Source: Octopus bimaculoides
Taxonomy: Eukaryota
Direction of reading: 5' to 3'
Assembly (NCBI RefSeq): GCF_001194135.2
Contig: NC_068990.1
Location: 79,693,329-79,757,286, forward strand
Length of the DNA: 63,958 nt
Positions 36,982 through 51,903 of this stretch are shown piece by piece. A model generated the notes under the pieces. It ran no database searches. It worked only from the letters and a program-made list of their open reading frames with translations, and had not been told where the DNA came from. Both the position numbers and the translations under genes were made by a program. Each line of letters starts with the position of its first letter. Positions within the stretch are counted from its first letter, which is position 1.

Positions 36982-39964
36982 GTAAGTATGAAAATAAATA
37001 TGCAAAAAAAAAAAAAGAATTAAGATAAAATATACTATTTCTGATATATTTCGGGTACACACAAACATCTCTGGAGTTTTAGTATTATTAAGATATGTGT
37101 GTGTGTGTGTGTGTGTGCGCCGGCGTGTGTGTATACTTGTGTTATACGGAAAAATTAAGAAAATTACAGTTCAATAAATGGTTCTGTACATTTCAAATAT
37201 AGAAGTGCTTATTCATTTATTCATTATGAATTTACGGCTCGGGAACCGTTTTACTATATTCTCACAATGTCTCCGGAGGTCTAAACTCATATTAACTATT
37301 ATCAACAGATTTATTTAGGTTAGATTTTATACAACAGAAGAAAATCAACACACAACGTACTGCCAGGTCCAAATTTCATTAAAAATTTTGAAAAGCTAAT
37401 GAAGTAACCTAGTTTGATTATATATAACAGTTATTTCAGCAGATATTATTAAGTGGCGGGTGGAAAGATATTCTAACAGATTTGAGCTTCAACGGAGGTT
37501 GGCTCAGTTTCTATAGAGTATAAAATACATATATCATTTTAACAATTGTATAGTTTCAGGATCCGAATTCATTAAGTACTCATCTCTTTACATATTACAT
37601 TAGAAAATGTATTTGAAGAAAACTAAAATGAAATAAAGGATATATTTATTTGAAAAAGAAATGTATTATTACTTCCTTGTAAACCATCAAAACTTTGCTT
37701 TTGAGACAAGTACAATTTCAGGAAACAAATTCGCAGAAATAAGTCTTAATTTTCCTAAGGCTATACTTGCTATTAAGTAACATGAACATTTTTCGGTGAA
37801 TGTTTTCTAGTAAACATATTAATAGTTAGCTGAAATAGATGAAATAAGTATAAATTTTCATAGGTATGTTACTTAACACGACAATACAACTTATTTATAA
37901 TGTTGAGTAGCTGTTCACTATTCGTAAAAATGAAAGTTATAATTTAAATAACATAACACCGGGCAGTTTTTTGATAGTTATTTAATATACTGAGTCATAT
38001 TTTCTTATATATCGATCTATATTGTCCAATGTGTTCTTTATGAATATAAGACGGCATTGTGTGGTTTGAGGACAATTTGGTGGCTATTCATATATAGATC
38101 GAGTGTCAGTGGTGTGTGTAAATGGGGTTTCAGTTAAACAGAAAGTCTGTAGTTAGTAGTGGCAATGTTTTAGTTACACATGTACTAATATTCTGCATTA
38201 TATTTATTTAATCCTCTCCATTTTCTCTGGAACATAAGCCTGCTTTCTTCAGGTTTGCAGTTTCTGTTAAAAGATGCTATTTTAATAGGGTGGCGTTGTT
38301 AGTCTCACTTCCAATTCCCAACCGGAGGGCTAGCTACTGCTTTTTATCAGGTTTTTACTTTGAAACCTGCCTATCTTCGTTGGACCAACTGAATGTATGA
38401 ATTCTGTCCGCACAACCTTCAGATCCACAAAGTCACAGAAGCCTTCTCATCTTGACAAAGCTGCAACACACAGGAGAAGTTATCATAAGGAACCATAATT
38501 GCCTCACTTTGCCTCCCGAAGCATTCATTGACTTCATTCTAGTGGTTGAGTGAGATCACATACATATTTTATTGAAACATTTCATTTGTGTAAATTACTG
38601 TACTATATCCTTGAACACAACATGGTCGCTGTATGCTGGCTGATTCTCGTTCTTTACTATTACAGTTTTAATATACTATTCTGACAGTTCCATGTAAAGC
38701 TGTCTGTAGTCTGAATCTTAGTCAAGCTAGTAGTGAGGTCGAATGGAAATATCTTTGGAAATTGCTGTTAAAGAGTCAATGTTCGCAGCTTTTGCAGCTT
38801 TCCTTTCAAATTTGCTTGCGGCTGCATAGTTGCTTAGTATCTCTCAATATAAGCTGCCTGCTAATAAATTTTTCTGCAATGAACTTCTCTCTCTCTCTCT
38901 TCATCTCTATCGTTCTCACTCTGTCTTACGTTTTCTATGTCATACATCAGAGTGGTTGCTGAACCAAGACATAACGAAACGTATGAGTTAGTAAACTCAG
39001 TCTTTCAGTGAAGTGGTTGCCGTTAGAAGCAATGTGAATTGTCACTTACATGAGAAAGGTGTTGGAAGGGGAAGTCTTTTTGGTAACACACACAAACACA
39101 TGCACACATCTCGATACTTTAACACCATTGTAATAAGGATCATTCAATTGAAATGCAGAAACAGTAAAGCAACGGATAAAGTATTTTGTGATATCTACTT
39201 ACCTATCGCTAGGAGATCATCGGGATTTAAACTAAGAAGAACTAAACCTTCGATTTCGATAAAATAAGTTCCAGTCAAGTTAATCAGCTGTACTTCTTCC
39301 TTTAAATTTGAGATTGAGAAATGAATTACAAAGTTACATTACAAAGGCATTTAGTGGAAGAGGATGTGTTAATGCAGCAAAAAAAAAAAAAAAAGAACAA
39401 GAAAAATCAGGCAGTTAAAATTACACCAGTTATGACGAAAAAAAGTCATGAGCGGTAATGATGATTATTGTTAAAAAATTCGAAATTAATTTTGTCACTG
39501 ATGATTCTTATGTTTAACGCCACTACATCATACTAAGTAAGTATCAGACAGAGCATGCCAGATAATGTGTTTGTATAATGCTATTAATCATGATACACAT
39601 CTAAATATTGTTAAATCATTTTATAGACAGCCTTGCAAACAGACAAACTGAACAGCTCACATTTTACAGGCCATGGTGAAATATTCTCGTTCAGTATTGA
39701 AAACTTACTGAGCGTTCAACTTTCATTAATTTTCTACTGAATCTATATCAAAAGATACCAGTACTTTTAATGCATACATTTTAATCATTTAGCAAATCAA
39801 ACTACCACGGTATTGAGACAGTGTGCAATGAACTTTATTGCACCAGCGAACTAATGTTGCTGAATAAAACAGTCAAAAGAATGCACGTGATCTAAACAGG
39901 CTGATCGATACTGTTAATGACTATTGTCTTCATTAAACAAAAAAGATATATGTATGTGATGGCG

Positions 39965-40109
<145 letters not shown>

Positions 40110-43100
40110 TTCAAAAGAAAGTAAAGAAAAATCTTCCAAGTGGCAAATATTTCGGTTTATCAAATTTTCTAGTACAACAAAACCTGCATCTGAATAGGAA
40201 AGAAGTCGTAATGATTTTGCAGTAGAGCATAGCATTGTATGAAAAGCAAAACAAACACGAAATACAACAGTTTTTCTTTGATGCTTAACCGCACTTGCTG
40301 TCACATGTTTGTTATAGTTGATAAAAATCAATGCTTTAGATTATAGGTCTGAGGTCCTTTGAAGTATTCTTGGCACCATTATGTCGTTAGTAATAGCGTA
40401 GCTAATTAAAACCCCGACTTGATGTTACTTGCTGTTCCAAAAAGGATCTTTATTGTGACAAGTAAATGACTATAAATTTCTGAAAATATTAGTGACATGA
40501 CTAGTGTTTCTCTGAGATATGATACTTGAAAACATTTTACATATAATAGATTAAATTCTGTTTCATTTCAAGTTTTTATGGGTGCACTAAACGTACCATG
40601 CATGTGTGATCATAAACAGGAAGATAACAGTTTTCAAGGCGTGCGTATATTCACTTCAGCTGAATGAAATTTGGAAGAAGACAATTTGGAAAGAGAATAT
40701 TTATAAGAAATAAAATAAAACAAAAGAAATAGCTATCAGAATTGTTTCAAATGAATTGCTTGTATTAGTAAACTGGTCATGTTATACAATGCTTGTGGTT
40801 GATAGTAATCTATAGTGGTTCTAAGTACTATAATGATGGAACCCTTCACCAGACTTACTTCGTGCAAAATAAGCAGAACTGAGAAAAAATATAGTTAGAA
40901 TTTGAAATTTGACGAATGTTTTAGAGATTTATTGCGGCAGGCATACTTCGTCGCTAGGAGTTGCATCACCATCTGACTCATTGTACCTTTAGCAACGTCT
41001 ACTCAGTTGGAAATATTCTGATCAAGTCTCCAGTCTGAGATTAACTTCATCCCTTTTTGGGCGCTGCTCCTTCTCATTTGACTTAGCGTATGAAAAAATA
41101 AATGAGTACACCTTTCTTGTATAATTACCAAATATACTGTTCCTGTTAACCTTTGTCCTTTTCCCAAACCCTTTATTAGTGGAATTGTTATGAGATGGCA
41201 ATAGTAAGAGTAACACAAAAAGGCAAAAACAAAATATAAACCCAAACCAAGACAAAACTAATTGCAAACCTTCGTATTGGAACGTTTAGACTTCATAAAT
41301 TATGATAGTTATTATTGTACGATAATATACACGGTAATTTTTTCATCATAGAGCAAAAGGACTAAATGTATTTTTTTGTTTATAAATTCCATATTTAAGT
41401 TCGTATATAGTTGATCTGTCATATTAAAGGGTATTGACAACAGGAAAATTATTTTGCTGAATTATCTTGCCGAAAGTTAAATAACTGTTTAACTTTCGTT
41501 AATTGATGTTAAATACATTGGATTATATTTTAAAGTATATAATTCATTAAGTTCAATTATACAGGTTTTCAGTAAGATCCTATAATTTAACTCGCTGGTA
41601 ATTAGTCGATAAACTTCAATATCAGTAAAGGATACTTCTGAAACGGTAGTATTTGAAATAAGAAAGGAAAGGACTCGCAAGTATTTTATGAATATGATTT
41701 TCTGCAGAAACGCATTTTCATTAAAATTTGGAAAGAAATCTGTGACTCAAAATGTCTGTAATTGCTAAAATGTCATGTGGCATTCATATAGTAAAATAAA
41801 CGGAATTTCTTGTCGAAAATTTGTAAACGTTCTCTTTAAATGATCTTTTGAATGGATACATTTAGAATTTCTGTACTTAAAAATGATTTATCATTTTATG
41901 TAATTGTTGCATGAAAATCATACAAATCTCTTATCTGGAGAAATACTTGCTATTTAATTTTACCCTCACCAGCCATAGTGGAAAGATTATTGCATATTAA
42001 TGAGCGGGAAAATAAAAACTACAATATTTCGAATAGATAATATAATAGAAATATAAAAAAAAATAAGTATAACTTTGTTATTAAAGGAAAACAAAACGAA
42101 TAATTTATACATAATTTTTAAATCATTATATATGAAAACCTTGTGAACCAAACATATTGGTTCTCCATAAACGATCTATCATCAATGGTTTCTTTGACGG
42201 CTTGTTTTCTCTCTTTCAAATCAGAGATCACTTGAACGTAATTATCACTCTGAAGTAAGTTAATCATTACAGGCTTCCTGAGATTAATTTGACATTTGAA
42301 CCACTCTTTCCTTTTTTAACATAGCTGCTTCCGGAAATATGATAGTTTGACTCAGAAAATAAACTTCTTGGATGTTTTCTATACAGGATATTCTATGGTG
42401 TATCGAGAACGACATTAGTCAACGATGAGAAAGTGCTTGAAGAATATTGGCTAGTGAACGTTTGTTAATAAGCCAAGTGATTTTTATTATTCCACGATGC
42501 GCTACACTATATGTATTTATTGAGTGCACTGCCGAGATATGCGTGAATATACAATTGAAAGTTCACACTTAGCCTATAAATATAATCAATCCTCAAGAAA
42601 AAATACATTTCACTTTTTATCATACTGCCTTAGTTATCAGACACATTAACATCACATATTTTTCGTTCCCGTGTTTCCTAGACCTTTCATCAATTTGGTA
42701 CAGACTGGAAGTCGTGTCCACACTGCTGTGACACAACCAAAACCTATAATGCGTTCCTGGATTGAAAGCATTCACTAGATAAATATTAATTCAGTCAATG
42801 ACGACAAGTCAAGACCTTATTTTGCAAAGGGAAGAAAATATCATGGCTGTAACAAACTGATATATTACCCTATTTTTCTACAAGTGCACCATGGCGGAAT
42901 TTTTTAAGTGCAGAAACATTTTAAGTGAGGAGTCTGGACCAAGTGGTTAGATTCGCGTCTGTGTATTTCAGTCGGACATCCGTCTTCACTGGACGTCTTG
43001 GTATTTCATTATTTACTTAATAATTTAACTTTCATTAACGTCGGAGAATATACCCATTGTTTTAGGACTTGTGTATGTTGTGGTATATTGATGACACTAG

Positions 43101-44199
43101 TGTAATCAGTTGAAACTTTGTTCTAAGAACTATCTAAGTGTCAAGACCAACGTTTTAAAATGGTAATACCGTAGCTTTCGAGTTTCACACACCACGTGTA
43201 TCAGTAACTCTTTTGATCACGTAATATTTCACTTGACACCAGGGCTCCTTCATATTTTAAACATGTATCTGCTCTATGCTCTAACTTTTTAAGAGGTGCA
43301 TTTTATTGGCTGAACTGTATAGAACCTGGAGTGCATGCTGTGTAGGGAGGTCACGAAACTTATCGAGATGACTGTATTGAGTGAAATTTTGTAGCTCATT
43401 TCTGTCAAACTTCATCTATGTCTTCAGTATCTATCTGAGACATTGTAAAATGTAGACTTTAACCATTAATCTTAAAGTGAATCTAGATTTAATTTTTACA
43501 TATTTATGCTACGTCGATGGTTTCTCTGTAGCATGCGCTTGAGCACAACTGTATATGATTAAACCAAATCTGGCTTGTACAGCTTTATCAAGTCATTACA
43601 TTCTCTACTGCAATGTATCGTACAATATAACATAAGCAACTGCTTGGGTCGTAGATGTTTCCGTTGGGATTTTGTAACTGTCTCTACAAGAAAATGTTAA
43701 AATAGTGACATGTTTGACATTATGTAAACTCTGGACGACCTTATAATCATGACCTTCTAAGCCTTGCTTGCTAAACTTCTGGGTGCAGCCACATGCCAGC
43801 AATGCCAACATTTCACAGAGGAAGCATTTCGTTTTCCTTGCAGTAAAACAAACCATCATTGAGGACTACACTATATACTCACAGATGCAGTGGGAATGTC
43901 CGGGCAAAATTAATTTTCTTCACTGTCTAGTCTACAGATCCTCATGACAAGAGATGGGCACGAAGCATTCATTTTTCTCCCTGTTTAAAATGTATGGTTC
44001 TCAACACAGAATTTGGAGCCATTAATACAGCATCTATTTTACTGTTTACCAGTTGGGCAGAGTGGCATTGTAGTGCTTTCAAGATGGTGTTGCAGACGTG
44101 TCTGGTTCACTTAGGTTCATTTAACATGTAGGAAGAAGGGGTTGGATTGTCTGGAGTTTATTGTGGAATAAAATGCATTCTTTAGATATCCAGGCGGTC

Positions 44200-45200
44200 T
44201 TTCAATGTAATCGTTTTTTTTTATTGTTATTATAGTTTACTCTCAGTCTGCTCTGATTTACCAGACCTCTGCTAAAAGGCGTTCGAGCCACTATCATTCC
44301 GTCTTTTTGTATAACTAAGAACATATTACTGAATGTATCCTTCCTTTTGAAGGCAGAATTTAATGGAGAGTTGGCGGCTATTTTCATTGAGTCAAGCGAT
44401 CGAGTATCTGGTGAAGAGGTGTGACATCTCTAGAGTATTCGGACTGTACATTTTTGTATTTCTTGTAGATTATATATTGTATCATTGTTGCTCAAGCAGA
44501 ACAGACATAATTCAAGATAGCTCTGGTATACTTATGTATTTTTTTAAACATTGCTTCTTTGTATTTTGTAAAAAACAGCGCTTGTAAGAGCTTGTAGTTT
44601 GCTGATGTATAATTTGTCATATTTTTGCTTTGTTTCCTGAGTATTGACATTATTGTAGAAGCAAAGTTTTCGTTGTGATAACTTATTCTTTGATGATACT
44701 GGTGAAAAATGAAAATAGTAGCTGGTGAACTTATGTCATGAAGCAAAAATAGTAAAGCAATCTGTTCATCCTCTCTACTTATGTATATCCAATTACTCAA
44801 AGCAGCTGTTCTCGTTCTCGTTTAAGAAGCTTGTTATAAAATGAAGAAAAATCAGAGTAAAGTTCCTCGTATAAATCAGTTATCATTTAGACATTGGTAC
44901 CAAAAAGCCTGGTATACATTTCTGTGACAATTTGAAAGAAGCCATAAAGGATCGTAAGGAAACGATCATAATATCGACAGAAGGGAATCTGGATTCTCAG
45001 AGTCAGCCAAGGTAACTGTCCAGAAAAAAGTTCTTCAAGTTCGGTTGTGATGTGTATAACAATTTGTACAAATCCTTGAGAAAATGCAACGAAAAATTTA
45101 CCTTTATTAACACTGAATCCAGCCAGCAAGTTTTAATGGATTATAACGGTTTCTTATTTAGGCGCAGGGCAATTTCAAGAAGAGGTCGAGTAGTAGATTG
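44200..45200 (-). mobile_element. Degenerate RTE/CR1-like LINE relic
   Basis: NKGKFFVAFSQGF...LPWLTLR...RFLTILY loosely resembles RT 'LYVAF.DL.KAFD...LW..L...L...Y'; RTE-like 3' region near 44250. Confidence 0.35.
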
Positions 45201-45429
45201 GCATTTTATATCAAAACATAAAGAGCCGAAACGAATGTTGCAAATAATTTTTTTCTGACGCTCTAATGAGTCTGCCAGCTCGTCGTGTTGTTAGTTGTAT
45301 ACAATAGGAATAAATATACCGTAGATTAAACAGAACCACGCGCGGATCAAAGTATGTACATTAAGCTAAAAGTGTATATTTAATATAATATTTTCCTGAA
45401 AGTTGAATCAAGTTTTATAAGAAATGTAT

Positions 45430-45471
45430 ACACACACACACACGCACACACGCGCGTGCACACACGCGCGT

Positions 45472-45560
<89 letters not shown>
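45430..45560. repeat. (CA)n microsatellite with CG interruptions
   Basis: Direct observation. Confidence 0.95.
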
Positions 45561-45561
<1 letters not shown>

Positions 45562-47302
45562 GAAAAATACATAAATTATGTATGTATATTCTAATGCACA
45601 TATATTGAATTACCTCCCACAAACCTATTTATGTATTATTCCTTGGAGATTTGTATTTATTTTATTGAGCTCTTTGTTGAAAACTTGTACGAACGAAGAA
45701 ATATTCTTGTTATAGCAACGAAATAGTTATTCCTCTCATGGGTGTGTGAGTGTGTGTGTGTGCGAGTATAAGTGTGTGTATTTGTTTATGTATGTGAACG
45801 TGCTTGTGTTTACATGTGTAGAAATATACATGTACACACATGCATACACACACATGCACACACACACACACACACATAATTATATATATATATTTATGTA
45901 CTCACATATATAAACCTACATATATATACTAGCACATATGTAGCATCTTATGAATAATTTGCTTTCACATAGACAGGTAGACTGGTATATATGTCTCTGC
46001 TTAATCTTCGCAACCTAAGGCTAGCGCTATTTACAGAGTAAAGTATATAAATAATGTTTGAAGTATTGATTCTTTCGATTTTCCTTTCCCCTAATTACCA
46101 ATATACTCAAGGAGATTTCTATCAAAAATGAGAATTGTATGTTTGTTTATGTGGTAATTGTTTAAGAAACATTAAAATTCTAGTTGGTATCATCAAAGAG
46201 AATTTTAATTCCGGGAACTATATGATTCTAGACTATTCTCTATTATGAGTAAGATTTAAACCACAGAAACATTAAATATACATCTTAGTAAATCTATTAG
46301 TCGATATTTTTGGCATTGGTCTGATGATTGATTTATAATTTCATTATTCAGTTGGTTATCAATTGTAACATTTTTATTGAAATTCGAACTGTACCGATAG
46401 TCATTGTTGTATTTCAGGATTTGGTTTCAGAATTGTAAGTACTTGTAAAGTTTTAATTTAATTTCGCACTCCTTTGAGTCGTTTTCTTTTCTCTTATTCA
46501 ATCAGTTTTGTGGTAACTTCAGTAAAAGGTGTTCAGAGCATAGTGGAATTCCGCTGACTATAAAAAATATTTGATTTTAAGATGCTAAAATTTTATTCGC
46601 TCTATCTAAATGATTATTCAGTGTTGAAAGTAGTAATGTAATTCTACTACGAAAAGTTTAAGGAAGTCGATATTTTAAAGGTGGAAACGGATAAATTGAA
46701 ATCAAACTTGAACTTCAATGAATACTTTAACTACAATCAGACAACTATCAAGGAAACTGGGCATCATTCACTTGAAGTGTAGAAATATTTCTTTATAAAT
46801 TCAGAGTTTCACAGTAGCACTTGTGTTCTTTGCAGAGAAGAAATGGAAAATTTTAACACAAGTACAATTTTTATGCTGTTGGTATCAGAAAGCCTTTTTA
46901 TGAATCGCCTAAAATATATTTTGCAGTCTCTAATCTGAATAACACGAAAACCTACTCACCTTTTATTTATTTACTTATTTATTTATTCGTACAATGAACC
47001 TACAAACTTGTAAGATGGCATGTTACGATATTTTGGTTATCTCTCGATTATTTTATAAAAAGAAGGAATCATTACTGGAAAGCGTAAAAAAGCTCTCGTA
47101 ATATTCATATTAAATGGTAGCTAATGTGTTAATGTTCAAATATGATGAAGTGTGATAAATGAAAGCCCCGAGTTTCGTGAACAACAGAATTAATGATAAA
47201 ACTATCTCTACTAGGAATATCATGTGGTATAGATAGCCACAGTGAAATGCAATTTTCTTAATGACCAAGACGGGGAAAAGCAGCTTTCATTAACCTTTTC
47301 AG

Positions 47303-47465
47303 GGCTTCTGCGACTTGCTGGAAGAAAAGATATCCCCAGACCGGAAAACTATTCCGAATGCTTGAAAAGGAGTTGAATGATAAAACCCACCCAGGCCAGG
47401 TGGTAGTGTCAAACCAGATGCTGGATTACTACTACCATATAAAAACAAGAACGACGAGCTTCCAG
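47303..47465 (+). CDS. Candidate exon: ASATCWKKRYPQTGKLFRMLEKELNDKTHPGQVVVSNQMLDYYYHIKTRTTSFQ (internal) or GLLRLAGRKDIPRPENYSECLKRS* (terminal, stop at 47374-47376)
   Basis: Pyrimidine-rich CAG acceptor, CAG|GTGTGC donor, GC-rich island. A minus-strand frame is also open. Confidence 0.35.
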
Positions 47466-47819
47466 GTGTGCTTCCAAATGTGCTTCTAGAGTTTCTGTTT
47501 ATCAAATCTCATTCACGAACCTTTGGTGAACCTGAAAATATTGTGCTCAAACTGCCACGCAGTCGCATCAATCCCAAACCCACATGGTGCAAAATGAACG
47601 TCTTAGCAATACAGTCATGTTTACGCAGGGAATTTGATATATATGTAGCCAAATTTAAAAGTTTTTGTAAAAATTACTCGATACATTCACAATAATTACA
47701 TGCCATCAAAATTTGTGGAAGACGTTTTCGTATAGTGTATATTTTGCATGTAGGCACTTTCATTGTTCAACATCTCAAACACACGTGTTCTCGGCTAATG
47801 TGTATAGAGGAAGCTGTGT

Positions 47820-48150
47820 TTAGTAATGGTGTTGAACACTTCCGGTTTAGTTTCGATTTAAGAATTCTTATAAAGTGTTCTTCTTGTGCCTTTCGTAGTT
47901 AATTAGTTTTATCTTTATATTGTAAAAAGGAATATTTAAAATTTTCCATTTGCACAAATGTAAGTGCTACTCACAGCTGATATTCCTATGGTCACAATTT
48001 CAACTTCCATCGATTACCACAACTAAAATTGTCATTTTATGTTTCGAGTTCATCTTTCCGTAGTCAATAAAATAAGACCCAATAATAATTGGATTCAGTT
48101 TTTTGCTGTAAGCCTTAGAACTGAAATCTGGGTTTTGTCTCATCCCGCCA
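47820..48150 (+). mobile_element. Very degenerate SINE family A remnants
   Basis: 'gtttcgagttcatctttccgtagtcaataaaataagacc...ttggattcag...gccttagaactgaa' resembles the family A core. Confidence 0.4.
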
Positions 48151-48167
48151 AATGATGCTATTAAAAA

Positions 48168-48171
48168 CTTT

Positions 48172-48223
<52 letters not shown>

Positions 48224-48225
48224 TT
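48168..48225. repeat. (TTTC)n microsatellite
   Basis: Direct observation. Confidence 0.95.
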
Positions 48226-49599
48226 ACACTTTAAACGTGTCTTTTTGTATCATGTGTAAATGCGTGCATCATTTCACGGCACTTTGCATCTATCTAAGCC
48301 ATTCATATCAAGTACTGCAACTAACAAGAAGCAGGAATACTCCCTCTCACATTGGAGCCTTTGAAACTTGGAACACCCTCATTATCCACGAGTTCTTTTG
48401 TAATACCAGTCTCGGCTTTCTCTAAACAATAGCAAAAATACTTCTTACTCATGATAGGTTAGTTTGAGCCTATTATTCTATAGAACAAACATGGTTTCAT
48501 AGAAAACTATAAAATTAATTTGATAGAAGTTAAGAGAATGTATCCATCCATATAATCATTTTTCAGCCCATTCTTTCAAATGTTTTCCTCACGTTATTCT
48601 TATCTCCTGTTTCTGATCTCATCCTTGTAATTTGTTTTAGAATCTTCGGATGTTTTAACACTATGCATTATATAACAAAGCTAGGAAACTCACTTATTTT
48701 TTTCCTTTTCGTTAATTATATATTTATTCTTAAATGGCCAGTATATAAAAGTATATAAAAGTTAACATTTTCGTTTTCTGGTGGTATCTGTGAGGCGTCA
48801 TTGTAATATAAAAGAGTCATTGACATGCTATCAAGAAGCAGCATATAATAGAAACAAACAAAAGCCTTGTAATCTTTCCGTAGAATACGTCAGAATGTGT
48901 TGGATATGTATAAGTATTAACTCACTGAATGTTCATGAAAGAAACGAAAGAATTATCATTGCATTTAGAAGCATCAGGCTTTGGTGTGATTAGCCTCAGA
49001 TCGTATATCGACCTGAATGACGCAAACAGAATAAACTATTGTTTCTTTAAAGATTAATAAATTACATTATGACGCCTAAGCTGGGAGATCGATAAATATG
49101 AAAGCAATATTCGCGTGCAAGAATAGTGTTATGATTCTGTTTCAGACTACAAGATTTGTACATAAAAATTCTATAGAAAACAATCGATCTTATTTATAGT
49201 ATTGTCTTTGCCTTCCTATTTTCAAGCTCTCCTCAGTTATCTCCCCGTATATCTGGTACAGACGACAAGTGTTAGTACAGCTGGAAAGCTATTGACTCAT
49301 GGATCACGATACAGAACACTGACACCAAATGGTTATTCAGTGATGTATGATGTAAAGTCTTTCATGTCTCCTTTTATCTTTATATTCAATGTACATTAAA
49401 ATATATGAATATTTATGCAAACACATATACACTTTGATTCACAAACATAAATATAAATACGTATAATCATACATACATGATTGTTCATATACAAAGTGTT
49501 TGACCTTATCTGGTATGCGAATATCCTGGTAAAATTCCTGCTTTTGACTTCATCCATTTCTTGAACTGGAAGAGCACTCTTTTTCACACTTTCACACAA

Positions 49600-49860
49600 A
49601 CTTTATCAATTCTGATGTCCCTCAATGTTTGGTTTCGTCTCTTCTACGCTCTTCTCCCTATACAGCAACCGCCTCGTTGCTGTAACCCCTGACAATAAAT
49701 ACTCCCATGTACATGATAAAACCCTTAATTCCTCCTTAACCATACCCACCTAAGTATCACCTACGTACAACTTAGAAACCTCACTTCAAACCTGTATCAA
49801 CTCCACAGATAAAAATTTCGAAAACATCCTTTAATAAGTTTGAACCAACCTTCTTCTCTC
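49600..49860 (+). mobile_element. CR1/Jockey-like RT relic
   Basis: INSDVPQCLVS (~INSGVPQGSVL) and YSHVHDKTL (~YADDSTL). Confidence 0.35.
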
Positions 49861-49879
49861 TAACAGCACAAACTCTTTA

Positions 49880-50153
49880 TTGCCGTACTGCTAAGTTACG
49901 GGGACATTAACACACCAACACCGGCTGTCAAGTGGTGATGGGGGAGGACAAACACAGACGCGGACACAAACACACACAACACACATACATATACACACGA
50001 TGGGCTTCTTTCAGTTTTCGTCTACAAAATTCACTCACGAGGCTTTGGTCGGATGGAGGCTATAGTTGAAGACACTTGCCGCCACACAGTGAGACTGACC
50101 CCAGAACTATATAGTTGGGAAGCAAACTTCTTACCACACAGTCATGCCTGCGC
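49880..50153 (-). mobile_element. tRNA-derived SINE family B
   Basis: Minus strand starts gcaggcatgactgtgtggtaagaagtttgcttccc (tRNA-like head), has an internal (TG)n, and its 3' part matches 1-222. Confidence 0.7.
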
Positions 50154-50899
50154 TTATGGGGAGTTTCTCTTAAGTATAAAAATTTTCTTCGAAACTTGTT
50201 CTTAATTTAGTAAAATTCACTTTCACTGAGAATCGCTAACACTCCTCGGTTATAGTTTCTTTGTCCTACTAACATACTAACTTCTATACATTAAGACCTT
50301 TTTTTTGAGTATGTCATTTGGTACTTCATCTCCTACTTGAATTATGTTATTACTCTACTTGAATTGTTTCCTATATCTTACTTTTTCTAATTATGCAAAT
50401 TACAATAAAATATCTTTGTAAGATTCTTCTATTTGTATAAATATTTGTCCACTAATCAAAAAAGGTGTGACGAGAAATGTCCATTTTTAAATATTTCATT
50501 TTTATTGTATGATTTTAGACTTACTGGTGAATATAATAGATTCTAAGAAACCTTTGGCTATGAAGGAATAATCCTGTTTACTGGCATACGCTTATACATA
50601 CATATATCCATTAATATACATGCACAGTCACACACACACATTTATGTTCTCTTCTGTCTTTATTTATTTGAAATTTTCCTCTAAAGAAGAAGCTGGTTTC
50701 TTTTAAAGAAACAAAGCTCCAACGTTGGAATGTAAATAAAAAACAAATTCACATTTTAAACTTGAGAAAAAGTTTGTATATTTCTACTGTTCCACTTATA
50801 CATTGTATTTTTAATGTATGATTTCTTTTACTGGTTGATTTCTTTTACTGAAAACCTTAGCTTATCCAGAGTGTCACTTAGGCATTTACTCACAAAATC

Positions 50900-51200
50900 A
50901 AGTGTACCAATTATTATTGGTAAAAATATAAATTCATAATCTGGTTATGGAAGCTAGAGGTTTCGAAGCAGTTGTCCGCTTTATTCTCTCTCTCGTTGAT
51001 TTTCGAAGAAATATTCACATCAGCAGGGTAGTTTATCTCTATGACGGTACATACTTTTACTTGTCTGTCCCAAATATCTGTATGTCTATATTTCGCCAGA
51101 AGCTTTGATGGAAATGTTCCATCTATATTCCTTGTGTTAGTGTTTGTGTATGTATTCAACGACAAGCTGGTGGTGGTGTTGGATTTTCAATATTTATTTC
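50900..51200 (-). mobile_element. R4/Dong-type RLE domain relic
   Basis: TDIWDRQVKVCTVIEINYPADVNISSKINEREN matches the PD-(D/E)xK RLE region; similar to 59815-60000. Confidence 0.7.
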
Positions 51201-51855
51201 AGGACAATCTTTTTTCGAACATCGTGTCGCACGCATAAAAGGTAGTACTTTGAAGATATGTTTGGGCAGCTGCTAATCATATGCGTGATGTATTCCACAG
51301 AAATATGAGATAATCTATATTTTAGGTTGCAATTTATATATACACACATGCGTAAATGCACACGTACACGCACACTTGTATACCATACAACGGAAAATAT
51401 GTGATGATTCAAAAATGATATGCAATTCACGCATACAGACACAGAAACAAACTACATTTAACAAAATATTTCATATCTTTGATAAACGTCTCTAAATATG
51501 AAAGCTCTATATTCAACGGAATGGTACAATATTTATGTGTAAGATCATTCTCGCCCACCAACCGGAAATTGTTAACGAACACGCATAGAATATAGAAAAT
51601 GTAAAGAATTCAAGTTTTCTTAATGATATTAATTTCCCTTAAATAATTATATTTTTTAAATAATGTGTATAAAAAGAAAATGACTAAAAATAATTTGAAG
51701 TATATTTTTAATGTCTTTACTTTGTAAACTCATTATCTCATTTTTCTCATTACATGTTATTTGGATATTGGTTATATTTTTGGAGAGAACTAAAAGCTTC
51801 TATTGTTTCTATTTCATTTAGGAAACGTAATAGTAAGGAGAATTATTAGATTACA

Positions 51856-51903
51856 TAATGATAATGTTAATGATAATGTTAATGATCATGTTAATGATAA
51901 TGA
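51856..51903. repeat. 12-bp tandem repeat (taatgataatgt) x4
   Basis: Direct observation. Confidence 0.9.
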
